From NCBI GenBank assembly GCA_036338595.1, contig JAYZBV010000049.1, positions 1 through 31,759 of the forward strand: a stretch of 31,759 bases of DNA. Reading direction: 5' to 3'. A program made the translations under genes and the position numbers. This document shows, piece after piece, positions 29,508 to 31,759 of this stretch (within the stretch, counting starts at the first letter, position 1; each line of letters begins with the position of its first letter). The DNA is from Planctomycetota bacterium (GTDB lineage Bacteria; Planctomycetota; UBA8108; UBA1146). A model generated the notes under the pieces. It was not told the DNA's origin and searched no databases. It saw only the letters and a list, made by a program, of their open reading frames with translations.

Positions 29508-31555
29508 CGAGGAGTTCGACGATGACGCTTCCGACGACCGAGTCGACTGCCTGCGTTTCTCTCCTTGCCTGGCTCGGATGCGCTAACCAGAGCACCTTCA
29601 TGATCTCCGATCAGATCGCTTCGACCACTTTCCCTCAACATCTCCCTGACCAGTAGCCGGTTCTCGGGCTTCCACCACTGAAGCATCGCTCGCTGCTTGC
29701 GCTTGTTTCGCATCTTTTTCTCGACAAAGACATTTTTCATCCTGGTCGGATCAATTCCCGTCCACCACATGCATGTCGCCGGGGTTCCCGGAGTGGGAAT
29801 GAAGTCCTGAACCTGTTGAGGTTTGAGATGGCGCGCTTCCAGAAACTCGGCGATCCGTACTGCTGCGTCCTGTTCGCAGCCAGGATGGCTCGAGACAAAA
29901 TAGGGCACCAGGTATTGCTCCTTGCCGGCACGCTCACTCGCTTTTTCGAATCGCTTCTCGAATTCGGTGTAACTGGCCATTCCAGGCTTCTTCATCAGGC
30001 GCAAGGTTTCTTCATCGATGTGTTCCGGGGCCACCTTCAGATGACCTCCTACATGATGCGCTGCCAGATCGTCGATGTACTCCTGGTCCAGATTTGCCAG
30101 ATCCATCCTCACCCCGGAAGCGACATGGACCATCTTGACGCCGTCTGACTCCCTGACCTTTTTCATCAGTTTTTTTACAGGTCCGTGATCGGTGCCAAGT
30201 AGCTTGCAAACAGTGGGATGCACACAGGATGGTCTTCGACAGCGAGCCTCGATTTCCGGTCGTGTACAACGCATCCTGTACATATTGGCTGTAGGGCCTC
30301 CCAGATCACTGATGACACCCTTGTACCCATCGAGTTCCTTCAACTGTTCGACCTCGCGGAGAACGCTCTCTTCACTCCTGGAAGAAACCGCTCGCCCCTG
30401 GTGCTCGGTGATGGCGCAGAAGGTGCAACCTCCGAAACAACCCCGCATGATGTTGATGGAAAACTTGACCGTTTCATACGCCGGGATCTTCTGCTCACCG
30501 TAGATCGGATGCGGAGCCTTGGTGTAGGGGAGCGAGAAAACTGCATCGAGTTCCTCGGTCGTGAGCGCGATCATGGGGCGGTTCACCACCACGGTGTGAT
30601 CTGCATGCTTCTGTACCAGTATGGGAGCTGAATCAGGATTCTGTTCCCGATGAAACAGATGTTGCGCTCTGGCAAACAGTTGCTTGCTCTCGTCATCTTC
30701 GCCGCGGATCAGGTCGAAGGATGGCAACTCCAGCACATCCTTCGGATCGCAGCGATGCTGATCCGACCATGAAACTCCCTGTTCCCAATCAGACTCCTCG
30801 ATGAAGTGCGGGCGACCGAATTTCCCGATGGCATAGGCGGTGCCTGGCACATCGTGAATCTCCGAGATCGCTTGTCCCTGTGCCAGTCTCTCTGCAATCT
30901 CGACGAGCGCCTTTTCACCCATCCCGTACACTGCAATATCGCAACGTGAATCGAGCAGCAGGGATCTCTTGACCTTCTCCGCCCAGTAATCGACATGGGC
31001 AAGCCTTCTCATCGAGACCTCAACGCCACCAGCGATGATGGGAACGTCCTTGTACGCCTCTCGGCAACGCTGGGAATAGACGATGGTCGCGCCATCCGGA
31101 CGCAATCCTGCCTTTCCCCCGGGCGAATACTGATCGTCGGAGCGAGGTCGTTTGTGGGCCGTGTAATGGTTGAGATGCGAATCGAGATTGCCAGCTGAGA
31201 CCAGCCATGCGATTCGCGGCGCTCCAAAGGTGCGGAAGGCATCGATCGATCGCCATTCTGGCTGTGCGAGGATCGCCACACGGTAACCGCGCGCCTCCAT
31301 CAACCTGCCGATCACTGCATTGGCAAAGGACGGGTGATCGACATAGGCGTCACCGCTGACGAGTACGAAATCGACTCCATGCCTCTGGTCGTCATGATCC
31401 ATCGAATCTGCAGGCAACCAACCTCGATCGACACACTCCTGCCTCGATGCGGGGAGTGGTGCAGTTGCGCCCGAAGGGATCCCGTGAGACTTTCCAGGAG
31501 ATTCAGCTGTACTGTGTTGAGATCGGTCGGATGCAGGTGACATGTCGTCCACCAT
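29504..31555 (-). CDS. ygiQ: YgiQ (UPF0313) family radical SAM protein
   Basis: VSGDAYVDHPSF, AGNLDS, YSPGG, MRGCFGGCTFCAITEHQG (CxxxCxxC), DLGGPTANMY, GHLKVAPEH, QVQDFIPTP. Start ATG 31555 or 31543. Confidence 0.92.
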   Translation of the reverse strand: MVDDMSPASDRSQHSTAESPGKSHGIPSGATAPLPASRQECVDRGWLPADSMDHDDQRHGVDFVLVSGDAYVDHPSFANAVIGRLMEARGYRVAILAQPEWRSIDAFRTFGAPRIAWLVSAGNLDSHLNHYTAHKRPRSDDQYSPGGKAGLRPDGATIVYSQRCREAYKDVPIIAGGVEVSMRRLAHVDYWAEKVKRSLLLDSRCDIAVYGMGEKALVEIAERLAQGQAISEIHDVPGTAYAIGKFGRPHFIEESDWEQGVSWSDQHRCDPKDVLELPSFDLIRGEDDESKQLFARAQHLFHREQNPDSAPILVQKHADHTVVVNRPMIALTTEELDAVFSLPYTKAPHPIYGEQKIPAYETVKFSINIMRGCFGGCTFCAITEHQGRAVSSRSEESVLREVEQLKELDGYKGVISDLGGPTANMYRMRCTRPEIEARCRRPSCVHPTVCKLLGTDHGPVKKLMKKVRESDGVKMVHVASGVRMDLANLDQEYIDDLAAHHVGGHLKVAPEHIDEETLRLMKKPGMASYTEFEKRFEKASERAGKEQYLVPYFVSSHPGCEQDAAVRIAEFLEARHLKPQQVQDFIPTPGTPATCMWWTGIDPTRMKNVFVEKKMRNKRKQRAMLQWWKPENRLLVREMLRESGRSDLIGDHEGALVSASEPGKERNAGSRLGRRKRHRRTPR

Positions 31556-31710
31556 CCTTTTTCGCCACCGTCATCTGACGAGCATGGCGTCATGTGCGGG
31601 TTTCCGGGGAGCACTCATGCTTGCCGGAGATCGCCGGGTGTCCTTCGTTACGGTCCACTTTCGGGTTCACCGCAATCCGATGGAGATTTGCGATGACCGA
31701 AGCAGGGAGG

Positions 31711-31758
31711 CTACCAGTATTCAGCTTTCAGATCGAGCATCCCTGGGCACAGGTGTTC
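31711..31758 (-). CDS. Possible 3' end of an upstream minus-strand gene (partial, EHLCPGMLDLKAEYW*)
   Basis: Frame open from the window edge to TAG at 31713-31711; too short to identify. Confidence 0.3.
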   Translation of the reverse strand, partial: EHLCPGMLDLKAEYW

Positions 31759-31759
31759 C

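Overview
A gene-dense, moderately GC-rich bacterial chromosomal window. It is most consistent with a Planctomycetota genome (inference from the Cys-tailed dockerin modules, multiheme cytochromes, HEAT-repeat proteins and sigma factor style). About 23 CDSs are supportable. Core genes are the 2-oxoacid dehydrogenase E1 alpha/beta pair, nadK, ugd plus UDP-glucuronate decarboxylase, a DEAD-box helicase, groES/groEL, mgtE, a group-2-like sigma70, apt, a TldD-family protease, an acyl-CoA dehydrogenase and a YgiQ radical SAM enzyme. Secreted proteins are a penta-heme cytochrome c fused to a dockerin, a dockerin-bearing tandem beta-sandwich protein, an octa-heme cytochrome c with HEAT/TPR repeats and a 930-aa HEAT-like protein. 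I found no rRNA, complete tRNA, CRISPR array or mobile element. Four signals stand out. (1) Two unrelated secreted proteins share a dockerin plus CGxDPTxD..C..C tail, suggesting a cellulosome-like surface assembly that carries a redox module. (2) A sigma54 -24/-12 promoter and a palindromic enhancer candidate lie upstream of a receiver-groES-groEL unit that has no CIRCE. (3) Two nearby sigma54 activator-like proteins have degenerate catalytic motifs, and one is probably ATPase-dead. (4) A small gene coupled to E1 beta appears to be split by a one-base frameshift. All calls come from reading motifs by eye; no database searches were run.
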